Assembly (NCBI GenBank): GCA_046597055.1
Contig: JBKJLC010000297.1
Location: 1 to 64,000 of the forward strand
From: Kofleriaceae bacterium
GTDB lineage: Bacteria > Myxococcota_A > Polyangia > Haliangiales > Haliangiaceae
DNA: 64,000 nucleotides
Direction: 5' to 3'
A program made the position numbers and the translations under genes. Each line of letters opens with the position of its first letter. The stretch's first letter is position 1. Shown piece after piece: positions 1 to 10,111 of this stretch. The notes beneath the pieces are model-generated. The model made no database searches. It worked only from the letters and a program-made list of their open reading frames with translations, and was not told the DNA's origin.

Positions 1-191
1 CACGCCGGTGCCATTGCCCCAACCCGCCGACGCACGCACCACCCGGCCGGGGAATTTACGAGCGCGCCTGGGACCTCGTCCCCGCCTCGGCTCGTCCTCC
101 GTGCCGGTCTCGAACACACGACCCGTGCTCGACGGAAATGCCTCTCGTGCGACAGCCCGTACCGTGCGTCCTGAGTCCATCCACCATTTGA

Positions 192-230
192 CCTGGGCGC
201 GGCCGGTCGCGAAGCGCCGGAGTCGAAGGG
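192..230 (-). repeat. REP-like intergenic palindromic repeat (CCCTTCGAC...CAGG family)
   Basis: Reverse complement reads CCCTTCGACTCCGGCGCTTCGCGACCGGCCGCGCCCAGG; it has the same ends as the copies at 5330, 29398 and 62594. Confidence 0.5.
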
Positions 231-256
231 CACCCGGGCACCCGGGCACCCGGGCA
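228..256. repeat. Tandem repeat (GGGCACCC)x3.6
   Basis: Read directly from the sequence; it lies about 10 nt beyond the truncation point of the DUF4157 pseudogene. Confidence 0.85.
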
Positions 257-266
257 GTCGGCCGCC

Positions 267-620
267 CGCGACCAGCTCCCGCGACGGCGACGCCTCCCGG
301 AACGCGACCGACGAGCCGTGCGCGGCGGCGCGGGCACCGAGGACGTGCAGGCCGGTTGCCGCCTCGTCGCCGCCGCCGACGTGTGCGCGAACCGCGCCGA
401 GGTCGACGCCGAACGCGTTCTCGAGGTGCGCGCCTCAGGGCAGCTCGGTCGCGGCGCCACGGGTCGCCTGCTCGAACGCGGTGCCGGGCGTGGCGCCGTC
501 GGGAGCGTCCGCGGCGCGCTTGAGCTGGATGCGACCGGCGAGGGTGCGCTTGCCGGTCGCGCCGCCGCTGGGTGCCTCCCTGGACTCGGTGGCCCCGCCC
601 TGCCTGTCATGACCGCGCAT
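267..620 (-). pseudogene. DUF4157 (eCIS core domain)-like pseudogene
   Basis: From ATG 620: MRGHDRQ...TELP*GAHLENAFGVDLGAVRAHVGGGDEAATGLHVLGARAAAHGSSVAFREASPSRELVA. There is an in-frame TGA at 437-435, and similarity ends just before the expected HExxH motif. Confidence 0.7.
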
Positions 621-747
621 GTCCTTGTACGCACGAAGAATCCTGAACCTGCCCGTTCGCTCCACGGCCGCGGTTGTTCGGTGCTCGCAACCGACCGACC
701 GTCCCGGGCGCGCGCGCGACAGTTCCGCGACAGCACGTCCCGCGGGC

Positions 748-1230
748 CTAAGGCTGCGCGGCCGGCGCGACCGTGCGCAGCCAGGCGTCCGCGGCCTCCA
801 CAGAGACCGCGCCACCGCGCTCCATCGAGTAGCCCTTGTACTCGCGAGGGCCGACCGGGTTCTCGTCGAGGATGAGCCTCAGGTCGGGATCGCGGTGGCC
901 GCCGGCGAGCCGCTCGATGCGGAAGCCGGTGGTCGCCCGCTTGTTGCTGCCCGGCAGGACCAGCTCGAGCTGGTCATCCTTCAGCTTCCACCGGAAGACC
1001 TCGAAGTCGCCCTTCCAGGCGGTCCGGTGCTGGGCGATCGCGAAGCCCTGATCGGCGAAGATCGCGAGGTGGAACTTGTCGCGCGGCGTGCGCGGCGCGT
1101 GGTCGAGCCACACCCGCTCGGCGAGCAGCTGGGCGGCCTCGCCCGGTGGGAGCGGGTCGCGGCGCGCGCGTCCGTCCTTGCAGGCGGCCAGAGAGACAGC
1201 GACGAGGGCGATCACGAGGGCGGCGCGCAT
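748..1230 (-). CDS. Hypothetical lipoprotein (paralog of 14062..14529)
   Basis: Signal peptide with lipobox LAAC; TAGACT lies 6 nt upstream of the ATG; shared motifs with 14062..14529. Confidence 0.8.
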   Translation of the reverse strand: MRAALVIALVAVSLAACKDGRARRDPLPPGEAAQLLAERVWLDHAPRTPRDKFHLAIFADQGFAIAQHRTAWKGDFEVFRWKLKDDQLELVLPGSNKRATTGFRIERLAGGHRDPDLRLILDENPVGPREYKGYSMERGGAVSVEAADAWLRTVAPAAQP

Positions 1231-1313
1231 GCGCCGAGTCTACCCCTGCCGCCGCCGGTCGATCGGCGGCGGCGGCGACGCTCGCGGGCGTGGCTTCGGG
1301 CGACACTGTACCC

Positions 1314-2102
1314 GTGACGGTCCCACCTCCGGTCCAGGTCCTCGAGCACGGCATGGCGGTGCGCACCCGCGCGGGCGGCGGCCGCACCCTGGTCTGGATC
1401 CACGGGCTCGGCGAGGCCGGGCGGTGCTTCGATGCGATCACGGCGCACCCGAGGCTGGCGCACTACCGACACGTCGTGCCCGATCTGCCTGGCTACGGCC
1501 GCGCGCCGTGGCCCGCGGTCCGGTGCGGCCTGGAAGCCACCGCCGACGCGCTGGCGGGTTGGCTGCGCGCGCGCGGCGACGCCCCAGTCGTGATCGGACA
1601 CTCCTTGGGCGGGGTGCTCGCGACCTTGTGCGCCGAGCGCGACCCGGGCGGGATGTCGGCGGTGATCGACGTCGACGGCAACGTGTCGCTCGGCGACTGC
1701 ACGTTCTCGAGTCAGTTCGCCGCGATGGACGAGGCCGAGCTCGCGAGCGGAGGGTTCGCGCGGGTCTGGGGCACGCTGTACGCGAGCGCCGGCGCCGACC
1801 TGGCGCTGCGCGGCTACGCCGCGAGCATGGCCTTCGCTGACCCGGTGCAGCTGTGGCGGCACGCGTGCGAGCTGGTCACGCTCTCGGATGGCGAGACGCT
1901 GGCGGCCCGGCGCGCCGCGCTCCCGGTGCCGCTGCGGTTCCTCGCCGGCACGCCCGGCGGGATCTGCGCCCGCTCGCGCGCGCTGCTGACCGCGGCTGGT
2001 GTCCGGTTCTCGGACATCGGCCCGGGTGGGCACTGGCCCTTCATCGACCAACCCGACGCCTTTGCCGGCGCGGTCGCCGACTTCGTCGAGGGCCTGGCCT
2101 GA
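1314..2102 (+). CDS. Alpha/beta-fold hydrolase
   Basis: IHGLG oxyanion motif, DLPGYG, GHSLGG nucleophile elbow, C-terminal GHWP. Start is GTG 1314 (alternative ATG 1353). Confidence 0.9.
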   Translation: MTVPPPVQVLEHGMAVRTRAGGGRTLVWIHGLGEAGRCFDAITAHPRLAHYRHVVPDLPGYGRAPWPAVRCGLEATADALAGWLRARGDAPVVIGHSLGGVLATLCAERDPGGMSAVIDVDGNVSLGDCTFSSQFAAMDEAELASGGFARVWGTLYASAGADLALRGYAASMAFADPVQLWRHACELVTLSDGETLAARRAALPVPLRFLAGTPGGICARSRALLTAAGVRFSDIGPGGHWPFIDQPDAFAGAVADFVEGLA

Positions 2103-2174
2103 GCCGAGCGAAGCGAGGCGGCTCTGGTTCCGTACAGATCGGGCGCGGCCTCCGGGCCGCGGCCGATCGATCGA
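2100..2174 (+). repeat. ~75-nt structured repeat, copy A (copy B at 48326..48399)
   Basis: About 65/75 identical to copy B by manual alignment; it begins at the TGA stop; internal hairpin CGGCC-TCCG-GGCCG. Confidence 0.8.
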
Positions 2175-2666
2175 AAGGGAGGGTGGGATTCGAAAGAATC
2201 ACAGCCCCTGAGCCCCGCATCGCGAGGCGGCGCTGGCTCCGGACCGAGCGGACGCGGCCTCTGGGCCACAGCCGACCTATTTGACCTGGAGAATCAGCGC
2301 CTCTGTCCGGTCATCGGCGGCGGGCGCTGGCTCGCGCAGGCCGCGCAGACACGGACCTGGCGGGCGACCTCGGCGCCGGACCCAGCGGGGTCATCGGCCC
2401 ACCGGCCGGACCCGCCGTGGCGCGAAGGTCGCCGGTGGGCGGCGGGGTGGCGCGGATACTTTCGCGGCCGGGTCTCGACGACGATCTTGATGCAGGCAGC
2501 GCGAGTCGGAGCTACGGAATCCCAGACGTCACAACGAAACATTCACGGACAGCCATCGGTAGCGCTCGAGCGAGGCGGCCGGGAACTCGGTCGAGATGGC
2601 AGCACCGTTAGCAGCGCCGGGCGCGCCACGCAATCGCGACACGCGAGTGCGTTCCGGTCGGCGCGG

Positions 2667-3128
2667 TCAGCCGACGCGGACCGCGCCGAGGTCGGCGAGG
2701 ACGTCGTCGGCGTGCTGGTTGACGTCGACCTCCGGGTAGGTGCGGACGATCGTCTGGTCGGGGCCGATCAGGTACGAGATGCGGCGCGGCCAGTCGGGAT
2801 CGTCGGGGTCGATCGCGTCGTAGGCGCGGCCGAGCACGCGCTCGGTATCGCACAGCAGCGGAAACTCGAAGCCGAGCTTGGCGGCGAACGCGCGGTTCTT
2901 CTCGACCGCGTCGAAGCTGACGCCGAGGATCGCGGTGTCGGCGGCCGCGAACTGCGCGGCGCGGTCGCGGAGCCCGCGGCCCTCGATCGTGCAGCCCGGG
3001 GTGTCGGCCTCCGGATAAAACCAGAGCAGCACGTGCCTGCCCGCCAGGTCGCGCAGCCGCACGGTGCGGCCGTCGTGGGCGACGACGGCGAAGTCGGGAG
3101 CGCGGTCGCCAGGCTCGAGGAGCGCCAT
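2667..3128 (-). CDS. bcp: Peroxiredoxin, BCP/PrxQ family
   Basis: FYPEADTPGCTIE peroxidatic motif, GVSFD, FPLLCD, RISYLI; GATACT lies 7 nt upstream of ATG 3128. Confidence 0.9.
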   Translation of the reverse strand: MALLEPGDRAPDFAVVAHDGRTVRLRDLAGRHVLLWFYPEADTPGCTIEGRGLRDRAAQFAAADTAILGVSFDAVEKNRAFAAKLGFEFPLLCDTERVLGRAYDAIDPDDPDWPRRISYLIGPDQTIVRTYPEVDVNQHADDVLADLGAVRVG

Positions 3129-3190
3129 GAAGCGGAGTATCCCCGGGTGCGGGCACGGCCGCCAACCGCGAGCGGTGTTATCGTCGAGGC

Positions 3191-4537
3191 ATGGCGCCTG
3201 CGAAGCAGCGACGAGCGTCGACGGCCGGGGCAACCAGAAAGGCGCCGGCCGCGCCGGGGAAGAAGGCCGCGCCGGGCAAGGCGGCGGCGTTGAAGGCCGG
3301 GTCAGCCCGCAAGGCAGCGTCCGGCAAGAAGGCCGCACCCGCCAAGAAGGCCGCGCCCGCCAGGAAGCCCGCGCCCGCCAGGAAGCCCGCGCCCGCCAGG
3401 AAGGCCGTCTCGGCGAAGAAGGCCGTCTCGGCGAAGAAGGCCGCCCCGGAAAAGGTGGGGCTGGTGAAGACGAGATCCGTCAAGAAGGCCGCGCCCGCCA
3501 GCAAGCCCGCGCCCGCCAGCAAGCCCGGCCGTGGCACCGCCGGCTCCGCGGAGCCCGCCGCACCCAGGAAGCCCATGACCTCGGCAAAGGCGGCGGCGAA
3601 GAAGCCCGCTTCGCCCCGGCCGCCGGCGCCGCCCCGGACGGGACGGACCGAGCCGCTGGTCGAGCGTGATCGCGGCCGCTTCCTCCACGACGGAGCGCGC
3701 TTCGGGTCGGCGGTCGTCGCCCATCACCCGATCGCCACGCTCGCGCTGCCGACCGGCGCGGTCGTCACCTGCGATCCGTTCGTCGTTGACGGGCCGACCC
3801 TCGCCCGTCGGATCCGGCCCGGCGCGTACCCGGTGACCATCGCGGTCTCGACGTTCGACGGCGGCAAGGGCGAGCAGCGCGTCGCCGCTGCGATCGTGCA
3901 ACTCAAGAACGGTATGCCGGTGCGCTGGGAGGTCGCCACGTTCGACGACGGGCCCGCGCCGGCGCGCGGCAGCGATCCCGGCTACCGGGTCGACGCCGGG
4001 ACCGGCTGCTTCATGGACGCGCGTGCGCTCGCCGCGATCAAGGCCGAGCCGAGCATCTGGCCGACCCCGAGCTACAAGGCGTTCGAGCGCCAACTCCTCA
4101 CCGACCACTACGTCCACACCTGGGGCTGGGCCGTGTACCAGCCCGATCCGTCGTCGCAGGCCAACTGCGTCGCGTTCATGAGCGGCTGGGGCGACGGCGT
4201 CTACTCGTCGTACTGGGGCCTCGACGACGCCGGCGAGCCAGTCGTGCTGCTGACCGACTTCGATGTCTTCACGGACGAGGACTGGACGGGCACGGCGGCG
4301 GCGCTTGACGGCTCGGACGCCAGCGCGTCCGCCGTCGACGAGCCGGGCGCCGATGCCGCGGACGACGCGAGCGCCGACGCGACCCCCGACGCCGCCGACG
4401 CGACCCCCGACGCCGCCGACGCGACCCCCGACGCCGCCGACGGGCCCGCCGCCGACGCGAGCGAGCCAGACAAGGCGGATCCGGACGAGACCGGCGAGCC
4501 CGCCCCCGCGGCCCCGGCGCGGGACGAGCCCGCATAG
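3191..4537 (+). CDS. DUF4241-domain protein with Lys/Ala/Pro-rich N-terminus and acidic C-terminal tail
   Basis: Core motifs LPTGAVVTCDP, GYRVDAGTGCFMD and SGWGDGVYSSYWGLD...LLTDF are typical of DUF4241; KKAAPA repeats at the N-terminus and DATPDAA repeats at the C-terminus. Confidence 0.8.
   Translation: MAPAKQRRASTAGATRKAPAAPGKKAAPGKAAALKAGSARKAASGKKAAPAKKAAPARKPAPARKPAPARKAVSAKKAVSAKKAAPEKVGLVKTRSVKKAAPASKPAPASKPGRGTAGSAEPAAPRKPMTSAKAAAKKPASPRPPAPPRTGRTEPLVERDRGRFLHDGARFGSAVVAHHPIATLALPTGAVVTCDPFVVDGPTLARRIRPGAYPVTIAVSTFDGGKGEQRVAAAIVQLKNGMPVRWEVATFDDGPAPARGSDPGYRVDAGTGCFMDARALAAIKAEPSIWPTPSYKAFERQLLTDHYVHTWGWAVYQPDPSSQANCVAFMSGWGDGVYSSYWGLDDAGEPVVLLTDFDVFTDEDWTGTAAALDGSDASASAVDEPGADAADDASADATPDAADATPDAADATPDAADGPAADASEPDKADPDETGEPAPAAPARDEPA
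3326..3445 (+). repeat. Coding 18-nt tandem repeats (KKAAPA/RKPAPA/KKAVSA)
   Basis: About 6.5 units of A(A/G)GAAG(G/C)CCG... visible in the sequence. Confidence 0.8.
4376..4438 (+). repeat. Coding 21-nt tandem repeat x3 (DATPDAA)
   Basis: GACGCGACCCCCGACGCCGCC occurs three times in tandem. Confidence 0.85.
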
Positions 4538-4547
4538 CACGAGCGGG

Positions 4548-5180
4548 CTACTTGGTGCCGAACAGGCGGTCGCCGGCGTCGCCGAGGCCAGGGACGATGT
4601 AGCTTTTCTCGTTGAGCCGCTCGTCGATCGCCGCGGTGTAAATCGGCACGTCGGGGTGGTGAGCGTGGAAAGTCCGGATGCCCTCGGGGCAGGTCAGGAG
4701 GCATACGAACTTGATCGTGCGCGGCGAGGTCTCCTTGACCCGCTCGACCGCGGCGATCGCGCTGTGGCCGGTGGCCAGCATCGGGTCGACCAGGATGCAG
4801 TCGCGGTCGGCCATCTCGCCGGGGACCTTGAAGTAGTACTCGACCGCGGTCAGCGTCTTGGGATCGCGATACAGGCCGATGTGACCGACGCGGGCCGACG
4901 GCAAGATCTCGAGCATGCCCTCGAGGATGCCGCTGCCGGCGCGCAAGATCGATACCAGCACCGTCTTCTTGCCGTCGAGCGTCGGCGCCAGCATGGGCGC
5001 GATCGGTGTCTCGATCTCGATCATGGTCACCGGGAGATCGCGGCACACCTCGTACGCCAGCAGCATGCTGATCTCGCGCAGCAGGCGACGGAAGTTGCTG
5101 GTGCTGGTGTCCTTGGACCGCATCAGCGTCAGCTTGTGCTGGACCAGCGGGTGACTGATGACGACGACCTGTCCTGCCAT
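4548..5180 (-). CDS. upp: Uracil phosphoribosyltransferase
   Basis: [27 protein letters not shown] loop, [17 protein letters not shown]; 210 aa from ATG 5180. Confidence 0.97.
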   Translation of the reverse strand: MAGQVVVISHPLVQHKLTLMRSKDTSTSNFRRLLREISMLLAYEVCRDLPVTMIEIETPIAPMLAPTLDGKKTVLVSILRAGSGILEGMLEILPSARVGHIGLYRDPKTLTAVEYYFKVPGEMADRDCILVDPMLATGHSAIAAVERVKETSPRTIKFVCLLTCPEGIRTFHAHHPDVPIYTAAIDERLNEKSYIVPGLGDAGDRLFGTK

Positions 5181-5329
5181 GGCTGCGACCATCGTATCAG
5201 CGACCGACCGGTCGCCGGGACGCACCGGCCACCCGCGGTGGGCGTAAGGCCGCCCTGCCAATCCGCGCTTCGCGCTGCGCTCAGGACAGAGGAGTGATCA
5301 GGGCAGCGGGTGTTCAGGCCCGTACGGCT

Positions 5330-5365
5330 CCGTTCGCCCTGTGCGCAGCGCGCAGTCGAAGGGCG
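5330..5365 (-). repeat. REP-like repeat (CCCTTCGAC...CAGGGCGAACGG)
   Basis: Reverse complement reads CGCCCTTCGACTGCGCGCTGCGCACAGGGCGAACGG; a partial opposite-orientation copy (GCGCTGCGCTCAGGAC) lies at about 5272-5287. Confidence 0.6.
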
Positions 5366-5613
5366 ACCCTCGGCGCCAAAGGTCGCTCCCATATGCCGGC
5401 AAAAGGCACGCGACCGATCACATCGAGAGAGGTGATCGATCGCGATGACCAGCGGCCCAGCCCGTCGATGCGCGCGGCCACCACCTGCGCGTCGGCTGCG
5501 ACACGGCGCCGCCCGACCGGAGCCGGACAGGCCGCGGGCGCCGGCTCAGGGCCACCGGAAGAGGGAGCGCTCTCGATCATATCGAGAGCGGTGATCGCTC
5601 CCGCGGCCCGGCG

Positions 5614-6866
5614 TCAGAAGACGGTGCCGTCGCTGTCGACGCGGATCGGCGAGCCGCCGCCGGGGCGGCGCTCGCGCGCGACCAGCCGGCCAGCCGCCCA
5701 GGTGCCTCCCTCGAGGATGCGCGCGAGCGGCAGCTGCTCGGCCGAGACCTCGAGCTTCTCGCGCACGGCGTCGGCGACCCAGTCGAGCAGCGCGACGGTG
5801 AGGGCGCGCCACTCGACGATCACCTCGTCGCCGACCTGGTGGAGGTCGCGGGTGACGCCCTCGTGGCGGGGCACCAGCGCGCCGAGATCGACCAGCAGGC
5901 CGCCGTTGCGGTACTCGGGCAGGCCGGTCAGCGCGCCCGGCTGCACGACCCGCAGGCCGCCGCGCTCGATCGGCTCGAACAGCGAGTAGGCCAGCCACTG
6001 GGACAGCTTGTGGAACGGCATGAGGCCGGCCGACGGCCCCGAGCCGCCGGCGACCGGGTGCCGCCACACGTCGCCCAGGTTGACCCCACCCAGCGTCGTG
6101 CGCCCCGGCCAGATCGGCGCGAGGCCCTCGAGCAGGTCGCGCAGCAGATCGGCGGCGCGCACCTCGCGGCCGCGGGCGCGCAGCGCCTGCAGGTAGCCGC
6201 TGGGCCGGCCGCCGGCCCACAGGGTCGGGTTGCCGGCGAGCACGTCGCCGAGCCGGCGCAGCAGCTCGGCGCGGCCGGCGACGCCGACCAGCGGATTACC
6301 GGCGCTGACCTGGAACGCCCGGGCCAGCGCGCCCTCGTCGAGCCCGCGCAGCGCGGCGGCGTCGACCCGGCGCGGCGCCAGGGGGTCGGCCGAGAACAGG
6401 CCGGCCTCGAACGCGCGCAGGCTGGCGACCGCCAGCCCCTCGGACCGCGCCACCTCGGCGCCGGTCGCCTCCTCGCGGTAGCGCCAGGCATCGCCGGCGC
6501 CGGCGTCGAGCAGGACGCTGACCATGACCAGGTCGAACAGCGCGTCGGCGGCCGCCGCCCCACCGCCCACCGCCTCGACCAGCGGGGCGACCCGATCGAT
6601 CTTGCCGACCCGGAAGTGACCGAGCCGGCCGTGCACCGGGATGCGCAGGCTCGGGTAGTTGTCACGGGTCACCGCGATCACGCGGTCGGCGACCGCGTCG
6701 ATGCGGCGGCGGTCGACCGTGAAGTGGCGCAGCTCGCCGAGCAGGCCGGCCTCGAGCACATTCGCGGCGCGGACCCGGATCGCGAGCGGCGTCCGCAGGT
6801 ACGCGACCGCGGTCCGGGCCTCCTCGCCGCGCGCGGGCGGCAGGAACCCGCTGTGATCGTCCGCGC

Positions 6867-6870
<4 letters not shown>
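5614..6870 (-). CDS. URC4/Urg3 (DUF1688) family protein
   Basis: IPVHGRLGHF, SVLLDAGAGDAWRY, RSEGLAVAS, PFHKLSQWLAYSL, LTGLPEYRNGGL, VEWRALTV, SDGTVF end; ATG 6870 overlaps the upstream stop. Confidence 0.88.
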
Positions 6871-8129
<1,259 letters not shown>

Positions 8130-8215
8130 AGGGGGTCTTTGCGCTACTGCCGAGGAAGCTTTTCAGTCTGTCACGCAGCCCCGGGGCGGTAAAGATTGGA
8201 GCCATCTGTCCGCTT

Positions 8216-9385
8216 TCACTGGATTTTTCCGTCCATGACGGCCGTGCTACCGCGGTCCAGCAGCGCCGCGATGCCCTCGCCGTGCTCGAACGCACGCCGC
8301 CGCTCCCGGCTGAGCGGATAGAAGTTGCGATCGATCAGCCGGACCCGCAGCGCGGTCGGCGTCAGGCGGTCGAGCAGCCGCGCGCGCACCGACCACTCGC
8401 GCCGCGGCAGCTCGGCCATCAGGCGGTCGCCGGCGGCCGCGAACAGGTCGGTCATGCGCAGGTAGTCGGCGCGGAAGCGGACGTAGTCGCAGCGGGGCCC
8501 ACCCGGGCTGCGCGGTCCGTAGTCGGCGGCGTACACCAGCGCGAGCGCGCGCGGCAGATCGTGCTCGATGTGGGCGCGCATCCCGGCGTGGATCGCGATC
8601 AGCGCGCGCTCGAACCGCGACCGGTCGGAGGCCGCGGCGATCTGCGCGAACGCGTGCCGCCAGTGCGACTCGGTCGGGCCGGCCAGGCTGGTCGCGAACA
8701 GCTGGTGGAAGCGCGGGATCAGGCGCAGCACCCAGGACGGGTGGTCGAACCGGCCGCTCCGGGTCGCGTCGATCAGCCCGGCGGTCACGTGGTTATACAC
8801 GCGCGCGAACCAGCCGCGATCGTCGCCCGCATCGACCAGCCGGCTCGCCAGCGCCGCCTGCTCGGCGGCGATCGCCTCGGCGACCCCGCGCACCGCGGGC
8901 AGCGGGCCGCCCTCGTCGAGATCGCGCCGGAGCGGCGGCGGCGACGGCTCGACCCCGGGCGCCAGGTCGGCGAGCGCGGCCAGGCTGGCGACGAGCCCGC
9001 CGCGCAGCTGGCGGGCCATGAGCGCCCCGGTGCCCGGCACCAGCGGCGTGGCGGTGACCACCCAGCGCAACAGCGTGCCGGTCGCGGTCGGCACCAGCTC
9101 GATCGTGCCGAGGTGGTCGACGATCGGCGCGCCGGCGATCACCCGGTACTGCAGGTGCAGTGGGCCGCTGCGCTCGATCACCTCGGTGAGCACGCCGAGG
9201 TGATGCGGCAGATGCACGCGGCGCAGCGCGCCGACCCCGCCCGGGTGACCGCCGTCGCCGGGCGCCAGGCTCTCGATCCGCGCCGACGACCAGCGGTTCA
9301 TCAGCGCCGGATCGGCGATCATCGCCCACACCACCGCGGGTGGGGCCGGCACGTCCTGGTGGAGATCGATTGCAAAGGCGGGCAC
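8216..9385 (-). CDS. SRPBCC (polyketide cyclase-like) + DUF5995-like fusion protein
   Basis: N-terminal PAPPAVVWAMIAD...GGVGALRRV...DHLGTIEL (SRPBCC); C-terminal FARVYNHVT, F.HPSWV, GMRAHIEHDLPRAL (DUF5995-like). Confidence 0.65.
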   Translation of the reverse strand: MPAFAIDLHQDVPAPPAVVWAMIADPALMNRWSSARIESLAPGDGGHPGGVGALRRVHLPHHLGVLTEVIERSGPLHLQYRVIAGAPIVDHLGTIELVPTATGTLLRWVVTATPLVPGTGALMARQLRGGLVASLAALADLAPGVEPSPPPLRRDLDEGGPLPAVRGVAEAIAAEQAALASRLVDAGDDRGWFARVYNHVTAGLIDATRSGRFDHPSWVLRLIPRFHQLFATSLAGPTESHWRHAFAQIAAASDRSRFERALIAIHAGMRAHIEHDLPRALALVYAADYGPRSPGGPRCDYVRFRADYLRMTDLFAAAGDRLMAELPRREWSVRARLLDRLTPTALRVRLIDRNFYPLSRERRRAFEHGEGIAALLDRGSTAVMDGKIQ

Positions 9386-9439
9386 GACGGCATCGTGCGA
9401 CCGTGGTCGCGCCGGTGCCAGCGGGCGGCCCCGGTTTGA

Positions 9440-10111
9440 TCAGGCCGGCGTGGCGTAGGCGACGCGACAGCTCTCGATCGCGGCGGCGAGGTCGGCGGCG
9501 AGCGGCACGTCGACCTCGATCCGGGGCGCGCCGAACGGGTGGTCGAGCCCGAGGTGGACCGCGTGCAGCGCCAGCCGGTGCAGGCCGTGCTCGGTGCGGA
9601 AGATGCGGTTGTGCTCGCCCTTGCCGTAGCGCACGTCGCCGATCAGCGGACAGGCCAGGTGCTTCAGGTGGCGGCGGATCTGGTGGAGCCGGCCGGTGCG
9701 CGGGTGGGCCTCGACCAGCGCGTAGCGGCCGAAGGTGGCGCGGCACCAGATCTCGGTGACCGCGGGCACCCGCTCGCCGCCCGGCTCGCGCGGGATCGGA
9801 TGGTCGATCAGCTGGTGGGACGGCGGGTGGCCGCGGGTGATCGCCAGGTAGTGCTTGGTGACGGTGCCGGCGGCGAACGCGGCGCTGGCGCGGGCCGCGG
9901 CCTCGGCGTCGAGCGCGAACAGCACCGCGCCTGACGCGCCCCGATCGAGCCGGTTGATCAGCCACACGTGGGCGCCGACCAGGTCGCGCACCTGCTGCAG
10001 GAGCGGCAGATCGTCGTCGCCGCCCACCGCCCAGCCGCGATGGACCGCGACCCCCGCCGGCTTGTCGACGACCACCAGGCGGTCGTCGCGCCAGGCGATC
10101 CGCGGGGTCAT
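9440..10111 (-). CDS. RluA/TruC-family pseudouridine synthase
   Basis: VVDKPAG, NRLDRGASG (catalytic Asp), TGRLHQIRRH, GDVRYG, LALHA. Confidence 0.93.
   Translation of the reverse strand: MTPRIAWRDDRLVVVDKPAGVAVHRGWAVGGDDDLPLLQQVRDLVGAHVWLINRLDRGASGAVLFALDAEAAARASAAFAAGTVTKHYLAITRGHPPSHQLIDHPIPREPGGERVPAVTEIWCRATFGRYALVEAHPRTGRLHQIRRHLKHLACPLIGDVRYGKGEHNRIFRTEHGLHRLALHAVHLGLDHPFGAPRIEVDVPLAADLAAAIESCRVAYATPA

Noticed and set aside
435..437. Selenocysteine read-through of the in-frame TGA
   Set aside because: The position is not a Cys-type catalytic site and the gene is also truncated downstream, so a pseudogene is the simpler explanation.
2175..2666. Small gene or ncRNA in the ~490-nt gap between the hydrolase and bcp
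   Set aside because: The short ORFs lack codon bias or motifs and I could not identify a convincing structure; left unassigned.
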